Shown piece by piece: positions 49,891 through 58,053 of a stretch of DNA of 64,000 bases. Position 1 is the first letter of the stretch. Each line of letters starts with the position of its first letter. The notes under the pieces are model-generated. The model saw nothing but the letters and a program-made list of their open reading frames with translations. It did no database searches and was not told the origin of the DNA. The translations under genes and the position numbers were made by a program. This stretch comes from Deltaproteobacteria bacterium (GTDB taxonomy: Bacteria; Myxococcota_A; Polyangia; Fen-1088), in the NCBI GenBank assembly GCA_033763315.1, contig JANRKS010000007.1, forward strand, positions 192,001 through 256,000. The letters run 5' to 3'.

Positions 49891-51011
49891 ACCGCGCGCA
49901 TAGGCGCGCCCGGAACAAAGGACAACAAGCGCTCCGCCGCGTGCGCCCACGTCCACGCGTGGTGCACCCACACAGGCGAGGCGGTAGACAACCTCTTCTG
50001 CAAGTCGTTGGAAAGCATCAGGCGTTCCATGCTTTCGGCCATCGCTTCACTACACACGCGAGCGCCATCCGAGGCCGCCCGAAGAACCACGTCGGCATGC
50101 GCGAAGTCGTCGCTGGGGCCGCCCTCGCTGCAAATCACGGGTGTGCCGCAGCCCATCGCCTCAAGCGTCGGGCGCCCAAACGACGAGCCATGCCCCGCAA
50201 GGTATGTGTCGCTCGCTTGATATAAGCCTGCCATCTCAACCAACGAAACGGCTTCACCCATATAGCTGATGCGATCAATGACGTTGTGCAGATCGGCTGC
50301 GGTGAGCAACGCCAATGCCCCCGCCAAGGCTCGGGGCCCTTCGTGGAGACGATCAACGCTTTTAAGAACAAGGCGTGCATCGCTGTGCCGACGTGCCACG
50401 CGTGCAAACGCCGTCACCAACTGCGCTAGGCCTGTATGGGCCGCCATCGTTCCCACGTGCAAGAAGGTGAACCCGTCGAAGCCGAAACGCTTGCGCCAAA
50501 AGTCGCGCATCGGCGTGGAAGCTGGCGCGAAGACTTTTGGATCCACACCGAACGGCAACGTCACCACGTGATTTTCGGCGACGCCCGCGTTGAGCAGGTG
50601 GTTGCGCACCCAGTGCGAGGGAGCCCACAAGGAGATGCCCCGTTTGGTCAGTGCCAAAGCCGAGCGGAAGGTGCCAAGCTGCGCTGCCAGATTCTTGGCG
50701 CGCAGGGTGGGGGCCAAAACCAACGCGGGCGCCGACACGCGCTCGAACGCTTCATCCCCCCAGCCCGTGCGCACAACCATATCGGGTGGGTGCGCGGACG
50801 ACGGCACCATCAATTGGCGCAGTTGCTGCTCGCGAAGCGGGGCGTGGATGCCGCCCGCCATCAGCTCGGAGGCGCCAAGCCACGGCAAGTCCTTATGAAA
50901 GAGGCGCACGGCCGGGCGCCCCACCAACCCCAACGCCAACCCCTGGCCGGCAAGGCCTCTGCCATGTGGAATGAAACGCCAACCTTCGAAGAGGATGTTA
51001 AGGGTGCTCAC
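49887..51011 (-). CDS. GT4-family glycosyltransferase
   Basis: APS.W.R, PFGVDP..F, FLHVG and FGRPTLEAMGCG motifs. Confidence 0.8.
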   Translation of the reverse strand: MSTLNILFEGWRFIPHGRGLAGQGLALGLVGRPAVRLFHKDLPWLGASELMAGGIHAPLREQQLRQLMVPSSAHPPDMVVRTGWGDEAFERVSAPALVLAPTLRAKNLAAQLGTFRSALALTKRGISLWAPSHWVRNHLLNAGVAENHVVTLPFGVDPKVFAPASTPMRDFWRKRFGFDGFTFLHVGTMAAHTGLAQLVTAFARVARRHSDARLVLKSVDRLHEGPRALAGALALLTAADLHNVIDRISYMGEAVSLVEMAGLYQASDTYLAGHGSSFGRPTLEAMGCGTPVICSEGGPSDDFAHADVVLRAASDGARVCSEAMAESMERLMLSNDLQKRLSTASPVWVHHAWTWAHAAERLLSFVPGAPMRAV

Positions 51012-51080
51012 GTGCTTGATCGGCCTTCGTCGCGAAGACGATGATCGATAAGACGGAATAAAATGCCGGGCGCTACCGTG

Positions 51081-51158
51081 CTACGGCAAGCCGTAGAGCT
51101 CCGACGACGTTTCGCCGTATTTGGCTTTCACCACGCCCTCGGTGGTCTTGGGCGTCAT
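51081..51158 (-). CDS. Possible 25-aa small ORF or gene remnant (MTPKTTEGVVKAKYGETSSELYGLP)
   Basis: ATG..TAG frame with strongly GC-biased third positions, in an otherwise empty intergenic gap. Confidence 0.3.
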   Translation of the reverse strand: MTPKTTEGVVKAKYGETSSELYGLP

Positions 51159-51255
51159 ACCCTTGGCGCGCCTCGTTCATCACATTCGTCAACAGGAAAC
51201 GCATCAGGCGATTGCGCCCTGTTGGATCTCACAGGGCACACCCCCGCAGAGCGCC

Positions 51256-52281
51256 TCAAAGCTCAGCGCCACGTAAATTCAACAGCCGCAGACAACTGGC
51301 GCGAAAGGCGCCTTCGGCCGTGTGCGCGTCGAGGACCGTGCACGAGGCACCGCGCAACCTGGCCAGCCTCGCAAACACCTCGCACAAAGACTCGCGCCCC
51401 ACCACAAACACAGGCACCGGTTCTTTCGGTAGCAGATGAGGTAGATCCGCACCGAACGCCGCGCCCCACATATACGAGTAACGGTGTTCGGGCCGCGTGG
51501 TGGCGGTGACCGCGAGCAGCCGAATTTCATAAAGGGCCCGTGCCAAACCACGCTCACGCGCCGCTTGCGCGCCGGCCTGCACCCACGCGTGATCCAGCGC
51601 GTCGGGTGGTGGATGCGGCAACGATTCAGCCAAGATCGTGCTGCCGGAGACGGCCGCCAGCAACTCGCCCGTCAGTGAACTGCGGCTGGCCACCAAAGCG
51701 GCGTGAGCATTCACGTCCAAGCGCTTCCAATGCGAGCCCAAGCTGATCACGGTGCCACCTTGGTTCATCAAGCCTTGTGAGTGGAGCCCCAAGCACAACA
51801 GTTCCTCGCCACGCACCAGATCGGCGTGTGCCATATCTGAGGCCGCGTCTTCCGCGCGCAGAACATCGCTGGGAGGGTGCATGAATTTGACGCCCGGCAC
51901 GAACAGCAGCGGCAGCGCACACACGGCCGGCATACGTTCCACGCGGCTCGCGGCGGCCAGGTCTTCGATTGTGGCGGGGCCCAGCACGTGCGGCACCATG
52001 AACATGCCCGTGGGGCTGGTGATCATGCCTCCCGCCACAACCACCTTGGGCACAAAGCCAAGGCTTGCACAGCGCGCGCTCACGTCGGCCACCATCAGCG
52101 CCACAGCGTCTGCGACACGCCCAGGATCGCCCACCCCATCGCGTGCGCCAACATGCGCGCGAGTCTCTGCCACAACGTGGCCCGAGGGTTGCGTGGCCCA
52201 CAAACGCGAATTGGTGGTGCCACCATCGAGAATCAACGCCACTTCATTGGCGCCTAAAGGGTTGTTTTGCACGTTCACCAC
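51256..52281 (-). CDS. dgoK: 2-dehydro-3-deoxygalactonokinase family
   Basis: DGGTTNSR, GMITS, DLVRGEE, GSHWK and TGEL motifs. Confidence 0.8.
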   Translation of the reverse strand: MVNVQNNPLGANEVALILDGGTTNSRLWATQPSGHVVAETRAHVGARDGVGDPGRVADAVALMVADVSARCASLGFVPKVVVAGGMITSPTGMFMVPHVLGPATIEDLAAASRVERMPAVCALPLLFVPGVKFMHPPSDVLRAEDAASDMAHADLVRGEELLCLGLHSQGLMNQGGTVISLGSHWKRLDVNAHAALVASRSSLTGELLAAVSGSTILAESLPHPPPDALDHAWVQAGAQAARERGLARALYEIRLLAVTATTRPEHRYSYMWGAAFGADLPHLLPKEPVPVFVVGRESLCEVFARLARLRGASCTVLDAHTAEGAFRASCLRLLNLRGAEL

Positions 52282-54660
52282 TTAGGGCTTCGACAAAAAC
52301 TTCGCCAGGATGGTCTTCACACCCTCCGTGGCAAAGCGCATCGTGACCTTAACGTCGCCGCCAGCTGACTGCCAGCCGCGCACTTCACCCACGCCAAACT
52401 TCGGATGCCGCAACTTCGCGCCAATGCGCAAACCAAGGTCGGATGACAAATCGTCATAGTGAACGGTGAGCTCGCCGCCTTCGGATTTAGGCGGCGTGAG
52501 ACGCCGTGGCGGTGGCACGGCGTTCGGCCCTTGCGACCACGCGGGCTGCGCGGGCACGTCCATTTGGTTGTCGACCCAAGAAGATGGTGAACGCTGCTCG
52601 CCGCGGTTCCAACGGCCTTGCCAAGGGCCTTGGCCTTCCGTATTCGTGGCGTAATAGGTGGGCCGCGGTTGCACCAAGTTTTCGATGCAGTCGGCCGGCA
52701 AATCACGCAAGAAGCGGCTGGGAATGCCACCCAGCGTTTGCCCCGCCAAGCGACGCCGGCGCACGCGCGAGACAAACAAATATTTCATCGCGCGCGTGAC
52801 AGCCACATAACAAAGCCGGCGCTCTTCCTCCAACTCTGAATCATCGTCGATGCTGCGCTGGTGAGGAAACACGCCCTCTTCGAGGCCCGTCACAAACACT
52901 TGCGGAAACTCCAGCCCCTTGGCCGTGTGCACGGTCATCATGGAGATCGCGCCCGATTCAGGATCGATGCTATCCGCGTCAGCCACCAAAGCCACGCGTT
53001 CAAGAAATTCAGCCAACGACGGCGATTCTGTTTCCGCCTCGTACTCGCGGATCTGCGCCACGAGTTCCATCAAGTTTTCCAAGCGGCCTTCAGATTCAAG
53101 CGATGCGTCTTGCGCCAATGAATCGCGGTAACCCGACACGTCCAATACTTGCTCGGCAAGATCGGCGGGCCCCAGGCCCTCTTGCACCTTTTCACGCAGG
53201 CCCAGCATCATCTGGTAAAACGCCTCAAGCTTTTTGCGCGGGCCGCTGCCCAACACGTCGGGCGCCGCAACAGCCATGGCCAGCGCATTCCACAGCGTGG
53301 CGCCCTGTTGCTGCGCCAGCTGTTCGCACTTTTCTACGGTGTTGTCGCCAATGCCACGCGCCGGCGTGTTGATGATGCGTGCGAGGCCAATCGAATCGTC
53401 GGGGTTCATCAGCACGCGCAGATATGAAAGCAAATCTTTGATTTCAGCGCGATCGTAAAACCGGGTGCCACCCACAACCACGTACGGCAGATCCAACACA
53501 CGCAGGGCCTCTTCAATCACGCGCGATTGGCCATTCGTGCGGTAAAAGATTGCGAAGTCTTTGGGAGAGGCGCCGTTGCGAATGGCCGAGGAAATGCGCG
53601 AGGCCACAAATTCGGCTTCGTCGCGCTCGGTTTCGCCTTCAAACACGATGATGGGATCGCCACAAGGCTGCGACGTAAACAGGCGTTTCGATCGACGCTC
53701 GGTGTTGCGCGCGATGATGGCATTGGCGGCCTTGAGCACATTGCCGCTAGAACGATAGTTCTCTTCCAGCTTCACCGTGCCGGCGCCCGCGTGGTCGCGT
53801 TCGAAATCCAAGATGTTGCGGATGTCGGCCCCACGCCAACGGTAGATAGATTGATCTTCGTCGCCCACCACCGTGAGGCTATCGGTGGCGCGCGAAAGGT
53901 AACGCACCAACCTGTATTGCACGTTGTTGGTGTCTTGAAATTCATCCACCAGCACGTGATCAAAGCGGTGTATCAACTCATCACCCGCTGGCGTTCCCGG
54001 TGTGCACAGACGCAACGCTTTGATGAGCAACCCACCAAAATCAACGGCGTTGGCCGCTTTAAGCCGCCCTTCGTAAGCACGGTAAGCCTTCGCGATCACA
54101 TCCTCGAAGAAATCGCCTGGTTCAAATTTATCGGCATCAATGCCGTTGTTCTTCTGTTTGTCGATCGCGCCCAGCACCTGGCGCACGGGAAACTGCTTTT
54201 CAGGCACGTTGAGATCCGTGAGCACCCGTTGCATCAAGCGGCGCTGATCGTCGGTGTCATAGATTACGAAATCTTTTTTGAGGCCAATGGCTTCGCCATA
54301 TTGCCGGAGCAAGCGTGCCGACAAACCATGGAACGTACCCAGCCACAACCGGCGCACAAGGCCCTGCCCGCCGCCCATCAGCTTCGACACGCGCTCGCGC
54401 AACTCGCCCGCCGCCTTGTTGGTGAAGGTGACCACAAACATGCGGTGCGGATCGGCGCCCTCGCTCAACAGGCGCGCCAAACGATACGTGATCACGCGTG
54501 TCTTGCCCGACCCGGCCCCGGCCACCACAAGCAACGGAGCGGCCGGATACATCACGGCCTCAAGCTGGGGGCCGTTAAGCGTTTTGGACAACACCTCACG
54601 CGAAAACCTTCCCGCGCTTGGGGGCGCGGCGCGCGGCGCGAATAGATCTAAGGTCTCCAC
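52282..54660 (-). CDS. pcrA: PcrA/UvrD DNA helicase
   Basis: AGAGSGKT, DEFQD, ENYRS, HTAKGLEF and EERRL.YVA.TRA motifs; C-terminal Tudor HPKFG.G. Confidence 0.93.
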   Translation of the reverse strand: METLDLFAPRAAPPSAGRFSREVLSKTLNGPQLEAVMYPAAPLLVVAGAGSGKTRVITYRLARLLSEGADPHRMFVVTFTNKAAGELRERVSKLMGGGQGLVRRLWLGTFHGLSARLLRQYGEAIGLKKDFVIYDTDDQRRLMQRVLTDLNVPEKQFPVRQVLGAIDKQKNNGIDADKFEPGDFFEDVIAKAYRAYEGRLKAANAVDFGGLLIKALRLCTPGTPAGDELIHRFDHVLVDEFQDTNNVQYRLVRYLSRATDSLTVVGDEDQSIYRWRGADIRNILDFERDHAGAGTVKLEENYRSSGNVLKAANAIIARNTERRSKRLFTSQPCGDPIIVFEGETERDEAEFVASRISSAIRNGASPKDFAIFYRTNGQSRVIEEALRVLDLPYVVVGGTRFYDRAEIKDLLSYLRVLMNPDDSIGLARIINTPARGIGDNTVEKCEQLAQQQGATLWNALAMAVAAPDVLGSGPRKKLEAFYQMMLGLREKVQEGLGPADLAEQVLDVSGYRDSLAQDASLESEGRLENLMELVAQIREYEAETESPSLAEFLERVALVADADSIDPESGAISMMTVHTAKGLEFPQVFVTGLEEGVFPHQRSIDDDSELEEERRLCYVAVTRAMKYLFVSRVRRRRLAGQTLGGIPSRFLRDLPADCIENLVQPRPTYYATNTEGQGPWQGRWNRGEQRSPSSWVDNQMDVPAQPAWSQGPNAVPPPRRLTPPKSEGGELTVHYDDLSSDLGLRIGAKLRHPKFGVGEVRGWQSAGGDVKVTMRFATEGVKTILAKFLSKP

Positions 54661-54714
54661 GCCGCATTTATGTCAAAGCGCGCGGCGGGATTCCATAGGT
54701 TACTGACAAATCGT

Positions 54715-57700
54715 TCAGTGGGCGGCCGCGTCGGCCATCGGGGCCTCCGCACGACGCACAACGAGGGTCTGTAGGGACTGCACTTCGTTGGTTTCTCGGG
54801 CAAAGACCTGGATTAGGTTGCTGCCTGGCCACAGGGGCACGTCAGCCGAGAAGTTCACCTTCTTGGGATCCGATTCGTTGCGCAAATAGAACACCTTGCG
54901 CGCGGGCATTTTGGCGTCGCGGTTCCACACCGAGATGAACACGTCGCGCACTTGCTTGTCGTCCTTGGCTTCGCCTTTGACGGTGACCGAAGCGCTGTTG
55001 ACCGTCGTGGGCGCCGACACCGCCAAAATCGGCGGCGTGACCTGCCACACAGGTTCGTACTTTGGCGTGACGGTGCCGCCGGATTGCAGATCGCTCGTGC
55101 TCACGAAGGCCGGGTGGCCTTCTTCGAGCACCACGCGGGTGAAGCTGCCCAAACGCCCGGAGACAGCGAACGAGGCGCCCTTGGGCGCTTGCCCCACAAC
55201 CAGCGAGCCTTCGACCGGAGACTCCCGCAGCATGGCCACGGTTTTCGCGACGGTGGCTGTGCCGGTGGCGGTCTCGGTGGGGCGGCCCTCCGCGGCGACG
55301 TGCACAACAATTTTGTCGGTCACAGACTCACCTAGCACGCGATCCACAACCGAAAGCTCAATGCTGTAGTCTTTGCCCTGAAACTCGGGGCCCACCTCAT
55401 ACGAGAACGACACGGGCCACTCTTTGCCGGGTCCGAGATCTTTGCCCTCAAAGCGCCCCTTGGAGATCAAGATGCCGTTCTGGCCGGGGCCATTGCGAAT
55501 GATCGCCTGAGGCCGCATCGCCGTGCCCGCACCAATGTTCTTCACTTTGACCAACATGCGCAGCTTCTCGCCGATCTGCACGCGGCCGTCTTGGTTGGCG
55601 CCCTCGCCATCGTCGATCGTTTGGTAATTGTACGCAAACAAAGGCCGCGCGCGGCCCACGATGTCCAACGCCAGCTTGCCGGCCTCGGCTTCGACAGCGC
55701 CCTGGGCAGACACTTCCGCGCGAAGGTAATCAGCGCGCGTGGCCATGCTCTTCGGCACCCGCACATTCAAGTCGTATGACTTGCTCTGGCCGGGCTCGAT
55801 CTTCCCAAACACCATCTCGTTCTCGTCGAACAATGTGTCTTCGCTTTTGAGCACAGCACGCACGCGGTACGCCGTGGTTTTGCCCAGATTCTTCACAGTG
55901 CCGCGCAATTTCACGCGATCGCCCGCGTTCACTTTGGGCTTGCCATCCGCCACTTCCAATGTGGCCGCCAAACGGGCCAACGGCTGGCTGCCGCTGCCGG
56001 CACTCCAATCAACACCCAGCTTCGACAACGCTTCGGCCACTTTGGCGTCTTGCTCGGCGCGCACCTGCTCCAAAAACGCCTTCGATTCCTTCACCAGCTG
56101 TGTACGACGTGAGCTCTTCGCTTGCGCCAAGAAATCACGAGCGAACTCAATCGAGAAGTCGACGTTGAGCTTTTCGTACTGCGCGTAGTCTTCATCGTCT
56201 TCCATCGTGGCTTCGTCATCAATGGCTTCTTCTTCCTCTTCAGTGGCGGCCTTGTCCATCTCGGCTTGCTTGGCCGCGGTGAGGTTGGGCTCGTAGAGGA
56301 AGGACACGCGCTCCATCGGTTGTTCGGCTTTGGTGGCTGTGGGGTTATCCAGGTGCCACTCGTAATCCGATTCTTGGCGGCGGTGAGCCGAGGGCTGCAA
56401 CATAATGCGCGATTCATCGCCCGTCTTTTGCACGTACAAACGATCGAGCTCGATGTCGGGGGTCACGCCCACGCCTTGAATCGAGATATCGCCCGCCGTC
56501 AGATACTGCGCCGTTGTGAGCTTGAGGCCCAACTTATCGTCGCCGCTCTTGTTGCCGAGTTTCACCGGTGAGTTCACGTCGAACAACATCTGCACGGAGC
56601 CTTTGCCGAACGTGGTGTCGCCGATGACCACGCCACGATCGAGGTGCTTCATCGCGCCCGCCACAATCTCAGACGCCGAAGCAGACGATTGATTCACCAG
56701 CACGGCGACCGGCGCTTTGACGTCGCCACCACGCGAGGCATGCTCATCGCGGCGTTGCGTGCCACCCACGCCCACCATCGACACCACAACGCCGGATTCG
56801 ATGAAGGCGTCTGCCACCTTTTGCGCTTGATCGTAAAGGCCACCGGGGTTCCAGCGCAGATCCATGATAATGCCTTTGACCTTCTCCTTCTCGAACATCT
56901 CAAGCGCCTTGGCCAAATCAGCGTCGGTGTTGGCGGTGAAACTTTGAATGCGCACATAGCCCACCTTGCCGCCCGGTTGGCCATTCTTCGCAGGCGCGTT
57001 CAACACTTGCGCCGGCGGATCGATCGACGGCGGCCGAATGGCGTCGCGCACGATTGTGAACTTCTTCGGCGTTTTGGCCCCATCGCGCACGATGTACACA
57101 TCAACAGGCGAGCCAACGTCACCGCGCAGGCGTTCAACCGCATCGGTGAGCGCCATGTTCACCGTGGATTCGTCGTTGATGCGCACAATCTGGTCTTTGG
57201 CCTTAAGGCCCGCACGCATGGCAGGTGTGTTGGGCATGGGCTTGCGCACAACCACGCGGCTCTTCTTGTCCATGCCTATGACGATGCCCAAGCCACCAAA
57301 CTTACCTTGCGTGGTCATACGCATGTCTTTAAAGCTTTCAACGTCCAGCAGCACCGAGTGCGGATCCAGCGTGTAGAGCATGCCGTTGGTGGCGGCCGAT
57401 TCGATTTCCACCAGGCGTCGCCCCTCTTCACTGGGTGCCACGGGGTGCAAGTTGGGCTGAATGAACTTGAAGATCTCTTGCAGTTTGCTGCGCAGGCTCC
57501 AAGGCGCGTCCACGCCATCAAGTGAGAACGCCTTCTCCTTGCCGTTGACGCGCACCTTGACCGTTTTCGGATCCCGTTCGGGACCGCGATCGATCAAGAT
57601 CTCGGGCACATCCCGTTGCAAAAAGTCGAGCGCGCCCACCAGCATGCGCTTCGGGTTCAGCCGGTTCTTATCGAAGTAGCTTTCGCGCACGTGGAACAAG

Positions 57701-57876
57701 CTGCGCGTGAAGATCGGCAACTGCGACAGGTCGTAAGCCGCCTGGGGCGCGGTGACGGCCGCTCGCAACGGTGCGTTCGCGCCCACCGTGAGCTCGTCGC
57801 CCCTGTTGTAAACGGAAATAACGAGGGCAAGCGCACACGCCCCCACAAACACAAACAGCTTTCGGAAGCGACGCAT
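54715..57876 (-). CDS. S41 C-terminal processing protease, MXAN_5808-like long form
   Basis: LDPHS; PDZ (GGLGI); DLRWNPGG, SASASEI and TFGKGSVQ motifs; long Ig-like C-terminus. GGAG lies upstream of ATG 57876. Confidence 0.88.
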   Translation of the reverse strand: MRRFRKLFVFVGACALALVISVYNRGDELTVGANAPLRAAVTAPQAAYDLSQLPIFTRSLFHVRESYFDKNRLNPKRMLVGALDFLQRDVPEILIDRGPERDPKTVKVRVNGKEKAFSLDGVDAPWSLRSKLQEIFKFIQPNLHPVAPSEEGRRLVEIESAATNGMLYTLDPHSVLLDVESFKDMRMTTQGKFGGLGIVIGMDKKSRVVVRKPMPNTPAMRAGLKAKDQIVRINDESTVNMALTDAVERLRGDVGSPVDVYIVRDGAKTPKKFTIVRDAIRPPSIDPPAQVLNAPAKNGQPGGKVGYVRIQSFTANTDADLAKALEMFEKEKVKGIIMDLRWNPGGLYDQAQKVADAFIESGVVVSMVGVGGTQRRDEHASRGGDVKAPVAVLVNQSSASASEIVAGAMKHLDRGVVIGDTTFGKGSVQMLFDVNSPVKLGNKSGDDKLGLKLTTAQYLTAGDISIQGVGVTPDIELDRLYVQKTGDESRIMLQPSAHRRQESDYEWHLDNPTATKAEQPMERVSFLYEPNLTAAKQAEMDKAATEEEEEAIDDEATMEDDEDYAQYEKLNVDFSIEFARDFLAQAKSSRRTQLVKESKAFLEQVRAEQDAKVAEALSKLGVDWSAGSGSQPLARLAATLEVADGKPKVNAGDRVKLRGTVKNLGKTTAYRVRAVLKSEDTLFDENEMVFGKIEPGQSKSYDLNVRVPKSMATRADYLRAEVSAQGAVEAEAGKLALDIVGRARPLFAYNYQTIDDGEGANQDGRVQIGEKLRMLVKVKNIGAGTAMRPQAIIRNGPGQNGILISKGRFEGKDLGPGKEWPVSFSYEVGPEFQGKDYSIELSVVDRVLGESVTDKIVVHVAAEGRPTETATGTATVAKTVAMLRESPVEGSLVVGQAPKGASFAVSGRLGSFTRVVLEEGHPAFVSTSDLQSGGTVTPKYEPVWQVTPPILAVSAPTTVNSASVTVKGEAKDDKQVRDVFISVWNRDAKMPARKVFYLRNESDPKKVNFSADVPLWPGSNLIQVFARETNEVQSLQTLVVRRAEAPMADAAAH

Positions 57877-58053
57877 GAATGACTCCGGCTTGGGCGTTTG
57901 CGACGGATCGTCTGCCAAGTCCATATGGTTACGAATCATAGCCCCGGGCGGACAACTCCGCACCGTTTGGGTTTGCAGTATTTAGGCACCCGGCAACTTT
58001 GCGGGTGTGGAAGGTGGCTTGAGACCCCACCTTGGGTGTCAAATAGGGAACTC

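Noticed and set aside
57898-58053. Head-to-head overlap of the S41 and metzincin ORFs in the track
   Set aside because: Artifact of longest-ORF start calls; RBS-supported starts at 57876 and 58054 leave a normal divergent gap.
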